A stretch of 64,000 nt of DNA, from assembly GCA_965198105.1 (NCBI GenBank), contig OZ240240.1:2656650-2720649 (forward strand). Reading direction: 5' to 3'. This document shows, in pieces, positions 36,433 through 46,396 of the stretch. Positions within the stretch are counted from its first letter, which is position 1. Each line of letters starts with the position of its first letter. Under the pieces are notes generated by a model, which was not told where the DNA came from, searched no databases, and saw only the letters and a program-made list of their open reading frames with translations. This DNA comes from Dehalococcoidia bacterium (GTDB lineage Bacteria; Chloroflexota; Dehalococcoidia; Lucifugimonadales; CBDBON01). The translations under genes were made by a program, and so were the position numbers.

Positions 36433-38130
36433 ATGGCCGAGCTTGACGTAAGGGTCAGAGAAGACGTTCCGATGGAGGCGCGGGACGGAACGGTGCTCCG
36501 CGCGGACGTCTACAGCCCGGCCTCCGGCGGCGGCTGTCCGGTGCTGCTCCAGCGCACCCCGTACGATAAGGCGTCCGAATCGAATACGGCGACGGCGCGG
36601 GACCTCGCCGCCCGCGGGTACGTCGTCGCGGTCCAGGACATACGCGGACGATACGCCTCGGAGGGCGACTTCATATGGCAGTTCCAGGACGGCGCCGACA
36701 CCTTCGACGCGCAGGACGGCTACGACGCCGTCGAATGGGCGGCGAGCCTGCCGGGCTCCGACGGTCAGGTCGGCACGTGGGGGCACTCCTACCCGTCATG
36801 GTGCATATGGCAGCTCGCCGGGGCCGCGCCGCCCCATCTGGGCGCGCTCTTCGCCAGCGGGATGGCGTCGCGCATTCTCGACCTCACCTTCGGCGTGTTC
36901 GAGACGGGTCGGCGTCTCCAGTGGACGTACAACATGGCGGTAGACGCGAGGAGAAGAGCAGGCGACGGCCGCGGTCCGTCGACACGCGCCGAGGCGGACC
37001 TGCAGTGGCAAGAGGTGGAGCGCGGCAAGTGGATATGGCGGCTGCCGCTCGCCGACATCCCCGACCGCGTATTCTCGACGCTCGGCCCGCCGCTGAAGCG
37101 GTACATGAGAGAGCAGAACAGGGAGTTCTGGGCCTTCGACAGGATTCACAGCCGCGTCGCGGTTCCGACCTGCCAGGTGACAGGCTGGTACGACCGGCTG
37201 ATAGGCACCATCGACAACTTCACCGGCATGGTCGAGAAGGGGCCGGAGGCGCTCCGCGACCAGCATCGGATCACGATCGGTCCGTGGGGGCACGACAGCG
37301 GCGCCTTCGTGCGGCGCCAGGGCCCGCTCGACTTCGGCCCGGAGGCGGACACGACCTACGCCGACGAGGTCGCGCGCTGGTACGACTACCGTTTCAAGGG
37401 CATCGACACCGGAGTCGGCTCCGAGCCTCCGGTAAAGCTGTTCGTGATGAACGAGAACAGGTGGCGGTACGAGGAGCAGTGGCCGCCGGCCGGCGCCAGG
37501 CAGATCGAGCTCTTCCTGCGCAGCGGGGGCCGCGCCAGCTCGGTCGGCGGGGACGGCGTCCTGTCTGTGTCCGAGCCGTCGGAGGAGCGGCCGGACCGGT
37601 ACGACTACGATCCGGGCGACCCGGTGATGAGCCTGATGGACCTGAGCGCGCAGGCCGCGGTGCGGGACCAGTCGCCACTCGACGCCCGCGAAGACATCCT
37701 AGTCTATGCCACGCCTCCGCTCGAGCGGTCTGTGACCGTCATAGGCCCCGTCACCCTCAAGCTCTGGGCCGCCTCATCGGCTCCGGAGACAGACTTCACC
37801 GCGAAGCTGATCGACGTCCATCCGGACGGTCTGGCGGTGAACCTGAGCTACGGCATCATGCGCACAAGCTACAGGGAGGGATACGACGAGCCAACGCCGA
37901 TGGAGCCGGGGACTCCGTACGAGCTGACGATCAGGCTGAGCCCGACCGGCATACGATTCGGCGAGGGACACCGCATCAGGCTGGACGTGGCGAACTCGGA
38001 CTTCCCGAACTTCGACCGGAACCATAACACGGGGGCCGACTTCTGGTCCGATTCTGAGCTGCGCGTGGCCCATCAGACCGTATTCCACGACCGGGAGCGT
38101 CCTTCGCGGCTGCTGCTCTCGGTGGTGTAG
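36433..38130 (+). CDS. CocE/NonD family hydrolase
   Basis: MEARDGTVLRAD, RTPYDK, QDIRGRYASEG, GHSY nucleophile, GWYD, IGPWGH and SDFPNFDRN motifs. Confidence 0.93.
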   Translation: MAELDVRVREDVPMEARDGTVLRADVYSPASGGGCPVLLQRTPYDKASESNTATARDLAARGYVVAVQDIRGRYASEGDFIWQFQDGADTFDAQDGYDAVEWAASLPGSDGQVGTWGHSYPSWCIWQLAGAAPPHLGALFASGMASRILDLTFGVFETGRRLQWTYNMAVDARRRAGDGRGPSTRAEADLQWQEVERGKWIWRLPLADIPDRVFSTLGPPLKRYMREQNREFWAFDRIHSRVAVPTCQVTGWYDRLIGTIDNFTGMVEKGPEALRDQHRITIGPWGHDSGAFVRRQGPLDFGPEADTTYADEVARWYDYRFKGIDTGVGSEPPVKLFVMNENRWRYEEQWPPAGARQIELFLRSGGRASSVGGDGVLSVSEPSEERPDRYDYDPGDPVMSLMDLSAQAAVRDQSPLDAREDILVYATPPLERSVTVIGPVTLKLWAASSAPETDFTAKLIDVHPDGLAVNLSYGIMRTSYREGYDEPTPMEPGTPYELTIRLSPTGIRFGEGHRIRLDVANSDFPNFDRNHNTGADFWSDSELRVAHQTVFHDRERPSRLLLSVV

Positions 38131-38136
38131 AGACGC

Positions 38137-38433
38137 CTACTCGACCTCTTCGTAGACCTCGGTCACGTGGGTCGACGCGAGGACGGGGTATATCCGCCCG
38201 AATATCCCGGTTATCGCCGGCGTTTGCCTGACGCGCTCTCTCGACTCGTCGTACTCTGCGATGGACGGCCACCTCTGTACCGTCGCCATCGCGCCGTGCG
38301 GCCCGAAGACCCGCCGGTAGACCGCCAGCGGCGGGAAATCCGCTTCCGCGGTCGCTTCCTGCAGCTCTTTCAGCAGGCGTGCGAGACCTCCGCCGCCGGG
38401 CCTGGGCTCGTAGGTGCGCCGGACTACGATCAT
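38137..38433 (-). CDS. small hypothetical protein (NIPSNAP/dimeric alpha-beta barrel-like)
   Basis: 98 aa, GGAGG-like SD, amphipathic beta-alpha-beta pattern ending TEVYEEVE. Confidence 0.6.
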   Translation of the reverse strand: MIVVRRTYEPRPGGGGLARLLKELQEATAEADFPPLAVYRRVFGPHGAMATVQRWPSIAEYDESRERVRQTPAITGIFGRIYPVLASTHVTEVYEEVE

Positions 38434-38499
38434 GCGTCTGTCCTCCTGACGATTCGGCCACAGCCTAGCACAGTCGGCCCGCGCCTTGCGTGCTCCGTC

Positions 38500-38623
38500 G
38501 TAACTGTTCAGACTTGCGGCGGGACCCCCATCTCAATCTTCCCCCGCAGAGCCGGGGAAGAGGTAAGAACCTCCTCTCCACCCCGCCAATTGCCCGCATT
38601 ACACATGGAGTCTGGGCAGTTAC
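38500..38623. mobile_element. MITE copy 1 (124 bp)
   Basis: Ends GTAACTGTTCAGA / TCTGGGCAGTTAC; flanks GCTCCGTC / GTTCCGTC (7/8 TSD match). Confidence 0.85.
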
Positions 38624-38716
38624 GTTCCGTCAACCGGAAGGTTGGAGAAGGCGGCATCGTGATAGAATCCTCAGTCTCGCGAGGGTCGAAGGGCCGTACG
38701 GGGACCAGGAGAAGGA

Positions 38717-38841
38717 GTAGATGTTCAGACTTGAGGGGAGCCCCCATCTCAATCTTCCCCCGCGGAGCCGGGGGAAGAGGTAAGAGGCTTCTCTCCGTCC
38801 ACCAGATTCGTCAGAGTGTCTCACGGAGTCTGAACAGTTAC
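38717..38841. mobile_element. MITE copy 2 (125 bp)
   Basis: Ends GTAGATGTTCAGA / TCTGAACAGTTAC; perfect 8-bp TSD GAGAAGGA (38709-38716, 38842-38849). Confidence 0.88.
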
Positions 38842-38857
38842 GAGAAGGAGGAGAGGC

Positions 38858-39604
38858 ATGCGTCTGGAAGGAAAGGTCGCGATAATCAGCGGGGCCGCGA
38901 GTGGAATGGGCGCCGAGGAGGCGCGTCTGTTCGCCAGGGAGGGCGCGCGCGTCGTCGTCGCGGATATCACTGACGACGACGGCGAGGCGGTAGCCCGCGA
39001 GATCGAGGACAGCGGAGGGGAGGCGGTCTTCGTCCACACCGACGTGACGAGCGAGGGGTCGTGGAGGCACGCGGTCGAGACTACACTCGAGCGGTACGGG
39101 AAGGTCGACATCCTCGTCAATAACGCCGGCATCAGCAGCGGCATCTTCTCGGACCCGCTGGACGTCGGCGGCTGGTCCCGGATCATGGACGTCAACGCAA
39201 CCGGCGTCTACCTCGGTACGCGAGCGGTAATCCCCTCGATGCAGAAGGCTCGAGCCGGGTCGATCGTCAACATCTCGTCTATCATGGGATTCGTCGCCGG
39301 CGACTACGGCCACCCCGCGTACCACGCCTCCAAGGGAGCCGTGCGCATCTTCACCAAGGCGACCGCGGTCAGGTACGGCCCCGACGGGATCCGGGCCAAC
39401 TCCGTCCACCCCGGATATATGCCGCCGATGAAGACCTCGGTCCGCGATCCGGCCGACCGGGAGGAGCACGTCAGGCTGACGCCCCTGCGCCGGATCGGGG
39501 AGACGATAGAGGTTGCGAACGGGGTGCTGTTCCTGGCCTCCGACGAGGCGTCGTTCATCACCGGCACCGAGCTGGTCATCGACGGGGGCTTCATCGCACG
39601 CTAG
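38858..39604 (+). CDS. short-chain dehydrogenase/reductase
   Basis: ISGAASGMG, NNAG, NISS, YHASK and NSVHPG motifs. Confidence 0.93.
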   Translation: MRLEGKVAIISGAASGMGAEEARLFAREGARVVVADITDDDGEAVAREIEDSGGEAVFVHTDVTSEGSWRHAVETTLERYGKVDILVNNAGISSGIFSDPLDVGGWSRIMDVNATGVYLGTRAVIPSMQKARAGSIVNISSIMGFVAGDYGHPAYHASKGAVRIFTKATAVRYGPDGIRANSVHPGYMPPMKTSVRDPADREEHVRLTPLRRIGETIEVANGVLFLASDEASFITGTELVIDGGFIAR

Positions 39605-39605
39605 A

Positions 39606-41285
39606 ATGGGGCATCCTGCGACGCCGCTCGGGCAGAGAGCCGTGCTCCAACGAGGCGACAGCTACGAAGAGGTAGTGGAGAGGTTCCGGTGGCAGATCCC
39701 GGAACGGTTCAACATTGGAGTCGACATCTGCGACCGGCACGCGGCCGACCGGTCGAGGGTGGCGCTCATCCACGACAACGATGAGACGGGGACGGTCGCC
39801 GAGTACACCTTCCATCAGCTCAGCCGGCTGAGCAACCGGCTGGCAAACGCGCTGAGAGGGCTCGGCGTCGAGAGAGGCGACCGTATCGGGATCGTTCTTC
39901 CCCAACGGCCGGAGACTGCGCTCTCCCACCTGGCGGCGTACAAGCTCGGCGCCGTCGCCGTGCCGCTGGCCGTGCTCTTCGGCACCGACGCGCTGGAGTA
40001 TCGGCTGCGCGACAGCGGCACGAAGGCGGTTGTGGTCGACGACTCCGGTCTTGAGAAGGTACTGTCGATCCGCGGGTCGCTGCCGGAGCTGCAGAAGATC
40101 ATCCTGGTCGGAGGCAGCTCTCCGCCCGGCGTCCAGAGCTTTGACGAGCTGACCGATCAGGGCGACGACAGTCTGTCACCGGTCCCGACCCGATCCGAGG
40201 AGCCGGCGCTCCTCATCTATACCTCCGGTACTACCGGCGCGCCAAAGGGCGCACTGCACGCCCACCGCGTGGTTCTGGGCCATCTTCCCGGCGTGGAGTT
40301 CCCTCACAACTTCGCTCCGCAGCCGGGAGACCGGTTCTGGACCCCGGCCGACTGGGCGTGGGCTGGCGGGCTGCTCGACGTCCTGCTTCCCGCCTGGCAC
40401 CACGGACTCCCCGTGGTGGCCCACCACTCAAGACGGTTCGACCCTGACAGGGCCTTCTCCATCCTGGCGCGACATGGCGTACGCAACGCCTTCATGCCTC
40501 CGACGGCGTTGAAGATGATGCGCGAGGTCCCTAAGCCCGCGGGGCGGCACGACTTCGCGCTGCGCTCACTGGCATGCGGCGGCGAGGCGCTCGGCGAGGA
40601 GATACTCGAATGGGGCGAGTCGACGATGGGAGCGGTCATCAACGAGTTCTACGGGCAGACGGAGGCCAACCTCGTCGTCGGCAACTGCCACGAGGTGATG
40701 GAGATCAGGCCGGGGTCGATGGGCAGGCCGATGCCCGGACACGAGGTCGCCGTTCTTCGGGAGGACGGAAGCGCGGCCCCGGCGGGAGAGATCGGGGAGA
40801 TCGCCGTCAGACGGCCCGACCCGGTCATGTTCTTGGAGTACTGGAACGACCCGGAGGCGACGGCCGAGAAGTTCACCGGCGACTGGGCGCTGACGGGCGA
40901 CCTGGCGCGCCGGGACGAGGACGGCTACCTGTGGTTCACGGGACGCAAGGACGACCTGATCGTCAGCAGCGCCTATCGTATGGGCCCGGTCGAGATCGAG
41001 GATTCGATCTTGAAGCATCCCGCCGTGTCGATCGCGGCCGTCATAGGCGTGCCCCACAGCGTCCGCGGCTCTGTGGTCAAGGCCTTCATCAGGCTGAAGC
41101 CCGGACACCGGCCTTCCGACGCGCTCGCCGGGTCGATACGGGAGCTGGTGAAGTCCAGAGTGGCTGCGCACGAGTATCCCAGGGAAGTCGAATTCGTAGA
41201 CTCGCTGCCCTTGACGACCACTGGTAAGGTGATGCGTGGGGAGCTTCGGGCACTCGAAGAGGAGAGACGGCAGAGGAACCGATAG
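39606..41285 (+). CDS. acyl-CoA synthetase (AMP-binding)
   Basis: YTSGTTGAPKG, NEFYGQTE, TGD, GRKDDLI and TTTGK motifs. Confidence 0.92.
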   Translation: MGHPATPLGQRAVLQRGDSYEEVVERFRWQIPERFNIGVDICDRHAADRSRVALIHDNDETGTVAEYTFHQLSRLSNRLANALRGLGVERGDRIGIVLPQRPETALSHLAAYKLGAVAVPLAVLFGTDALEYRLRDSGTKAVVVDDSGLEKVLSIRGSLPELQKIILVGGSSPPGVQSFDELTDQGDDSLSPVPTRSEEPALLIYTSGTTGAPKGALHAHRVVLGHLPGVEFPHNFAPQPGDRFWTPADWAWAGGLLDVLLPAWHHGLPVVAHHSRRFDPDRAFSILARHGVRNAFMPPTALKMMREVPKPAGRHDFALRSLACGGEALGEEILEWGESTMGAVINEFYGQTEANLVVGNCHEVMEIRPGSMGRPMPGHEVAVLREDGSAAPAGEIGEIAVRRPDPVMFLEYWNDPEATAEKFTGDWALTGDLARRDEDGYLWFTGRKDDLIVSSAYRMGPVEIEDSILKHPAVSIAAVIGVPHSVRGSVVKAFIRLKPGHRPSDALAGSIRELVKSRVAAHEYPREVEFVDSLPLTTTGKVMRGELRALEEERRQRNR

Positions 41286-41302
41286 TCAGAGAGAGGAGAG
41301 CC

Positions 41303-42730
41303 ATGGCAGACGAAGAGTTGGCATTCAGATCCGCGACCGAGCTGGTGGAGATGATAGCGTCGAAGCAGGTGTCGCCGGTGGAGTTGACCGAGCTCTATTA
41401 CCGCCGCATCGATCGTCTCGACTCCAAGCTGAACTCATACCTGCTGCTCACCCACGACCACGCGATGGAGAAGGCGAGGGCGGCGGAGGCGGCGGTAGTC
41501 CGGGGCGACGAGCTGGGTCCGATGCACGGCCTGCCCGTGTCGATCAAGGACACGCAGGCGGTGAAGGGCTTTCCGTGGACGATGGGATCGATCGTCTTCA
41601 AGGACAGGGTCCCGGAGCGGGACTCGACCGTCGTGGAGAGGATGTTCGGCGCGGGAGCGATCATGCTGGGGAAGACGAACGCGCCCGAGTTCGGGCTGGT
41701 CGGGACGTGCGAGAACTCTCTGGGCGAGCCCGGCCGCAACCCGTGGAACACCGACCGCGTTCCGGGCGGGTCCAGCGGAGGGGCGGCTGCGGCCATGGCC
41801 GCGTCGCTCTGCGCCATCGCGACGGGCGGCGACGGCGGAGGCTCGATACGCATACCCGCCAGCTTCTGCGGAGTCTACGGCATCAAGCCCAGCCAGGGCA
41901 GGGTGTCTGTGTACTCCGGTCTGGAGGGTCCGCCGTCGGCCAACACCTTCAGCCAGCAGGGGCCGTTGAGCCGTACGGTCCGCGACAGTGCACTGATGCT
42001 GAAGGTGCTCGCCGGTCACGACCGGAGGGACCCTCTCTCGCTACGTGAGGAGCCGCCGGACTTCATGGCGGCCGTGGATAGGGATATATCCGGGCTGCGC
42101 ATCGCGTGGAGTCCGGACTACGGCTTCGCGGCAGTGGACGCCGAGGTGCTCGAGGCGACGACGAGCGCGGCGCGCGAGTTCGAGCAGATGGGATGCAGCG
42201 TGGAGGAGTCGGACCTAGTCATCGACTCTCCGTATACGGCCTACGGGCCGATATACGAGTCGAACGCCTACAATTCGTACAGCGGCTACCTGGATGAGTA
42301 CGGCGACCGAATGACCGGCTTCACCAGGCAGTTCATCGAGTGGGGATCGAAGGTGACCGTCGCCGACTACGCCAAGGCGCAGGGGCTGATCGAGGAGCTG
42401 AAGGCGCAGATGACCGACCTGTTCGAGGAGTACGACCTGCTGCTGTCCCCGACCACTTCGGTGACGGCGATACCGGTCGACGAGTTTCCCGAGGAGTACG
42501 CGGGCAGGCCGGCCTATCCCCACAAGTACTTCGGCTTCCATCCGTTCACCTATCCGATCAACGCCGTCGGTCATCCGGCGGCCAGCATCCCGGCCGGATT
42601 CTCGTCCGAGGGGATGCCGATCGGTCTCCACATCGTCGGAAGGAGAGGGGACGAGGAGACGGTGCTGGCGGCGTCGGCCGCCTTCGAGCGGGCCAGGCCG
42701 TGGACGGACCGGAGGCCCCCGGTCTCCTGA
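41303..42730 (+). CDS. amidase-signature family amidase
   Basis: HGLPVSIKD, GKTNAPEFG, GGSSGG and DGGGSIRIPAS motifs. Confidence 0.95.
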   Translation: MADEELAFRSATELVEMIASKQVSPVELTELYYRRIDRLDSKLNSYLLLTHDHAMEKARAAEAAVVRGDELGPMHGLPVSIKDTQAVKGFPWTMGSIVFKDRVPERDSTVVERMFGAGAIMLGKTNAPEFGLVGTCENSLGEPGRNPWNTDRVPGGSSGGAAAAMAASLCAIATGGDGGGSIRIPASFCGVYGIKPSQGRVSVYSGLEGPPSANTFSQQGPLSRTVRDSALMLKVLAGHDRRDPLSLREEPPDFMAAVDRDISGLRIAWSPDYGFAAVDAEVLEATTSAAREFEQMGCSVEESDLVIDSPYTAYGPIYESNAYNSYSGYLDEYGDRMTGFTRQFIEWGSKVTVADYAKAQGLIEELKAQMTDLFEEYDLLLSPTTSVTAIPVDEFPEEYAGRPAYPHKYFGFHPFTYPINAVGHPAASIPAGFSSEGMPIGLHIVGRRGDEETVLAASAAFERARPWTDRRPPVS

Positions 42731-42807
42731 TTAGACGGCGGACGGGAGGTCCCCTCCTCTGAGATCCCGCTGGATACCGGCCTCCGCCGGTATGACGGAG
42801 GGTCAGG

Positions 42808-43932
42808 ATGATATACGACGGACACGCCTACTGCTTCCCGGACCTCCGCGGCAACGGAGGGTTCGCCGATCCGGAGCAGTTTCGCAGGCACCTTCAGCTT
42901 GGGATGGCTCGGCACTTCCAGCCCGTCTGGCGCAAGCGCGACCGCGCGCCGGCCGACGAGAGCGGAATAGCCGACCCGGACGGAGGCTGGGACTTCGGGT
43001 CGCTCAGAGAGGCCCGGTTCCGTCCCACGTCATACGGCCGCTTCGAGTGGGCTGCGGACGGCGAGGAGTACGTCAAACAGTACCTGCCCCCTTCGGTGGC
43101 GGAGATGGCCTATCACGCCGAGGCGCTGGTCGCCGAGATGGACTACGCCGGAGTGGACATGGCGTTGCTACACAGGACGCCCTACCTCGGCATCGGAAAC
43201 GAGTTCGTCGCCGACTGCTGCAGGAGGCTTCCGGACCGGCTCCAGGGCCTGGCGCACATCGAGGAGTGGACCATCCGGTCCGACCCCGACGGAGCGGTCG
43301 CCAAGCTCGAGGAGGCGATCAATGGGATGGGGCTGCACGGCTTACAGCTGCTGCCCGACCATCTGCCGTTGTACGGTCAGAAGGAGGACTGGGAGGGGCC
43401 GGACTTCAAGCCGTTCTGGGATGCGGCGGCGACGCTGGACATCCCGGTCTTCATCACACCGGGATACTCGTCGCTGGCGACGCGGGGCTGGGCCCAGACG
43501 GACGCCGTCGTCGCGCGGCTGCTACAGCTGCGCAGCTTCGTCGAGCGGTATCCGGACATGAGGGTCGTGCTTACGCACGGGCTGAGCTGGAGGGTCTTCC
43601 TGGAAGATGACGGCCTGTCGGTCCCGGACGAGGTCTTCGACGCGCTCCCGTTGGACAGCCCGAATTTCTACCTACAGCTGATGTTCGCCATCTACCTCGG
43701 CGGGATGTGGGACTATCCGATGTTGGAGGTGCGGCCGACGATCGAGCAGCTCGTGGAGCGCCTGGGCGTCGACAGGCTGGTCTGGGGAACGGACATGCCG
43801 ATGGTGATGCGCTTCTACACCTACCGGCAGAACCTGGAGCACATCAGGGTGTGCGCGGACTTCCTGGGCAAGCGCGAGATGGGGATGATCCTGGGCGGCA
43901 ACATGGCCCGACTCATGGGCTTCGCGGAGTAG
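42808..43932 (+). CDS. amidohydrolase family protein (Amidohydro_2-like)
   Basis: DGHAYC, LTHG, WGTDMP and ILGGNMARL motifs. Confidence 0.8.
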   Translation: MIYDGHAYCFPDLRGNGGFADPEQFRRHLQLGMARHFQPVWRKRDRAPADESGIADPDGGWDFGSLREARFRPTSYGRFEWAADGEEYVKQYLPPSVAEMAYHAEALVAEMDYAGVDMALLHRTPYLGIGNEFVADCCRRLPDRLQGLAHIEEWTIRSDPDGAVAKLEEAINGMGLHGLQLLPDHLPLYGQKEDWEGPDFKPFWDAAATLDIPVFITPGYSSLATRGWAQTDAVVARLLQLRSFVERYPDMRVVLTHGLSWRVFLEDDGLSVPDEVFDALPLDSPNFYLQLMFAIYLGGMWDYPMLEVRPTIEQLVERLGVDRLVWGTDMPMVMRFYTYRQNLEHIRVCADFLGKREMGMILGGNMARLMGFAE

Positions 43933-44060
43933 TAGCGGCCTGCCCGGATGCCTCTGATCGATCGCGGCGACGGTGGGAGCCCCCATCCTGACCTTCCCCC
44001 GGCTCTGCGGGGGAAGGGAGGAGAGAGCCGTCCCGCAGGCAGCGGGCCCCGCGGAACCGG

Positions 44061-44711
44061 TCAATACATGTGCGGCTGTACCGAGGCGGCGATGGTCAGC
44101 TCGATGTCCTGGATCGCTTGGGACATGGCCTGGCCGATCAGGTCGAGCTTGCGCACCTGCTCGATACGTTGTGAAGCCCTGTTCGCCTCCTGCCTGGACA
44201 GCAGTCCATTGAATATCCCGCAGGCGTCGGCCAGGGAGATTATCACCACGTCGCGCGGGTGCGGGATATCGTCGCTGAACAGCACTCCCATGATGCGCAG
44301 CTTCACCTCGCGCTCCACCTTGCCGTCGATCACCGGATAGCGTCTGGCCCTGAACACCCACAGGAATCGGTCGTCTCTGGACTCGAGGATACCGGCGGAG
44401 ACCAGCCGGGCGAGCGCCTCCTCGTGGATCTCCTGGGCGCGGTCGGCTGTGCGCTCCACCCAGAAACGGGCGTCGCGCTCCGAACCCGCCGCGATGTCAG
44501 CCAGCGTCGGGTCGAGCAGGCTGTCGCCGACGGGCGTGTCGTCGACCAGGACCAGCCTCTTCAGATCGGTGTCGATGCGATTTTCCAGCGCCAGGTCCAT
44601 CAACACGCCGCCCGCGAGGGCATAGTTCATAGACCACCTGGGCACGTGCGCGAACTTGCCATCGTCGTCGTTGAGCAGGAGTAGAGTGATCTCCTCGGCA
44701 AATCTCAACAT
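44061..44711 (-). CDS. GPP34/GOLPH3-Vps74 family phosphoprotein
   Basis: LRFAEEITLLLL, LAGGVLMDLAL..RI, L..LV..GIL, FLWVF..RRYP motifs. Confidence 0.85.
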   Translation of the reverse strand: MLRFAEEITLLLLNDDDGKFAHVPRWSMNYALAGGVLMDLALENRIDTDLKRLVLVDDTPVGDSLLDPTLADIAAGSERDARFWVERTADRAQEIHEEALARLVSAGILESRDDRFLWVFRARRYPVIDGKVEREVKLRIMGVLFSDDIPHPRDVVIISLADACGIFNGLLSRQEANRASQRIEQVRKLDLIGQAMSQAIQDIELTIAASVQPHMY

Positions 44712-44792
44712 GGCGCTTGCCCTCTCTCCGTTGGCCTTCTCACGCGTGCGTCGCGGCAGCCCTGATGTGGCCGTCCTTGCGATCGCGTGAGG

Positions 44793-46184
44793 CTAGTCCT
44801 CTGCATCGAACTGCTCCGGCATGAGTACGAATTCGGGATAGGCTTCGATTCCCAGCTCTCCGCTGTCCTGACCCAGCTCTTCCACCTGGCGGGTCACCCG
44901 GGCGCCCAGAGTCATGTCCACCAGGCGCCAGATGAGCCAGCTGGTCGCGAATACGAACGCACCGATCGCTACTATGCCGATCAACTGGACGTGGAAGGTT
45001 CCGCCGGCGGCGATGCAGACGGCGAGGGTGCCCCAGATGCCTGCGAACAGGTGGGCGGGAACCGCGCCGACGACGTCGTCGATTCTCAGTTTCTCCAGGA
45101 GCTTCAGGCCGGCGGTGCACACGATGCCACCGATGAGGCCGATGATAACGGCCCAGTAGTGTTCTGTGATGTCCGGTCCGGCCGTTATGGAGACGAGGCC
45201 GGCGATCGCGCCGTTCAGGCCAGCGAAGAGGTCCATGCGTCCCAGCAAAGGCCGGGAGACGACGAGGGCTGCCACGACGCCGCCGGCGGCGGCCAGAGTG
45301 GTGTTGGCCAGCACGTTGCTCATCGCCACGGCATCGGCGGCGCTTCCCAGGGCCAGCTGCGACCCACCGTTGAAGCCGAACCAGCCGAACCAGAGGATGA
45401 AGACACCGAGCGTCACCACCAGGATGTTGGAAGGCGGCGTGGGCTTGACGCTCCCGTCGCTCCGGTACTTGCCCAGCCTGGGCCCGACGACCAGCACTCC
45501 CGCGAGCGCGGCCCATCCGCCAGTGCTGTGCACGATGGTCGAACCGGCAAAGTCGCTGAATCCCAACTCATCCAGCCATCCTCCACCCCACGTCCAGGCG
45601 CCGACTATCGGGTAGATGAGCGCGGTGAGCACCAGCGTGAAGAGAAAGAAGGACCACAACTTCACCCGCTCTGCCATGGCGCCGGACACGATGGAGGCCG
45701 CAGTCGCGACGAAGACCATCTGGAAGAACCAGTTGGACATGGTGGAGTAGCCGTTGCCGATAACGCTCGCCGCATCCCCTTCCCCTTCCAAGAGGGAGAC
45801 CTCGGCGGATGACGGTCCATATAGGAAGTCGGGGGTGCCGATGAAGCCGCCGATGATATCGCCGTACATGAGGTTGTAGCCGACGACGAAGTAGGCGAGG
45901 CATGCGATCGAGTAGATGCCGATATTCTTCAGGCAGATCATGGAGGCGTTCTTGGTGCGGACGGAGCCGGACTCGAGCATGGTGAAGCCGGCGCACATCC
46001 ACATGACCAGCGCTCCCCAAATGAGGAACGAGAAGGTGTTGAATATGAACTGCGTCTCCTCGTCTATTCCCGCCGCGTGCGCTACGGCCGGGCGCGCGAG
46101 GAAGAGTCCCAGCGTCAGAAGCGCCGCCCCCGCGATTACGGATGCGCGGCTTCGACGCGTGAATATATTGGTCAGTGTCCTCAT
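44793..46184 (-). CDS. amt: ammonium transporter (second, divergent Amt)
   Basis: GFTMLESGSVR.KN, FQMVF, AERVK, DFAGSTIVHSTGG, WFGFNGGS and DDVVGAVPAH; GGAG SD before ATG 46184. Confidence 0.93.
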   Translation of the reverse strand: MRTLTNIFTRRSRASVIAGAALLTLGLFLARPAVAHAAGIDEETQFIFNTFSFLIWGALVMWMCAGFTMLESGSVRTKNASMICLKNIGIYSIACLAYFVVGYNLMYGDIIGGFIGTPDFLYGPSSAEVSLLEGEGDAASVIGNGYSTMSNWFFQMVFVATAASIVSGAMAERVKLWSFFLFTLVLTALIYPIVGAWTWGGGWLDELGFSDFAGSTIVHSTGGWAALAGVLVVGPRLGKYRSDGSVKPTPPSNILVVTLGVFILWFGWFGFNGGSQLALGSAADAVAMSNVLANTTLAAAGGVVAALVVSRPLLGRMDLFAGLNGAIAGLVSITAGPDITEHYWAVIIGLIGGIVCTAGLKLLEKLRIDDVVGAVPAHLFAGIWGTLAVCIAAGGTFHVQLIGIVAIGAFVFATSWLIWRLVDMTLGARVTRQVEELGQDSGELGIEAYPEFVLMPEQFDAED

Positions 46185-46396
46185 GGCTCCTGTCCTGCTG
46201 TGTCCCATCCGGTATTCAGTCCTCCCGGTACCGGGAAGCTCTCTTCTCCGACGTGACCTGGAGCCTCTGACGAGGTCGCGCAGACGAGATGCCGCCCCAT
46301 TCTGTCACATCGCCCCTGCGAATATCTATCCTGCGACACTGTATCACAGCAGCATCATAAGGGGCGGCGAGAAGGAGAAGGAGACGTAGACTCCCA

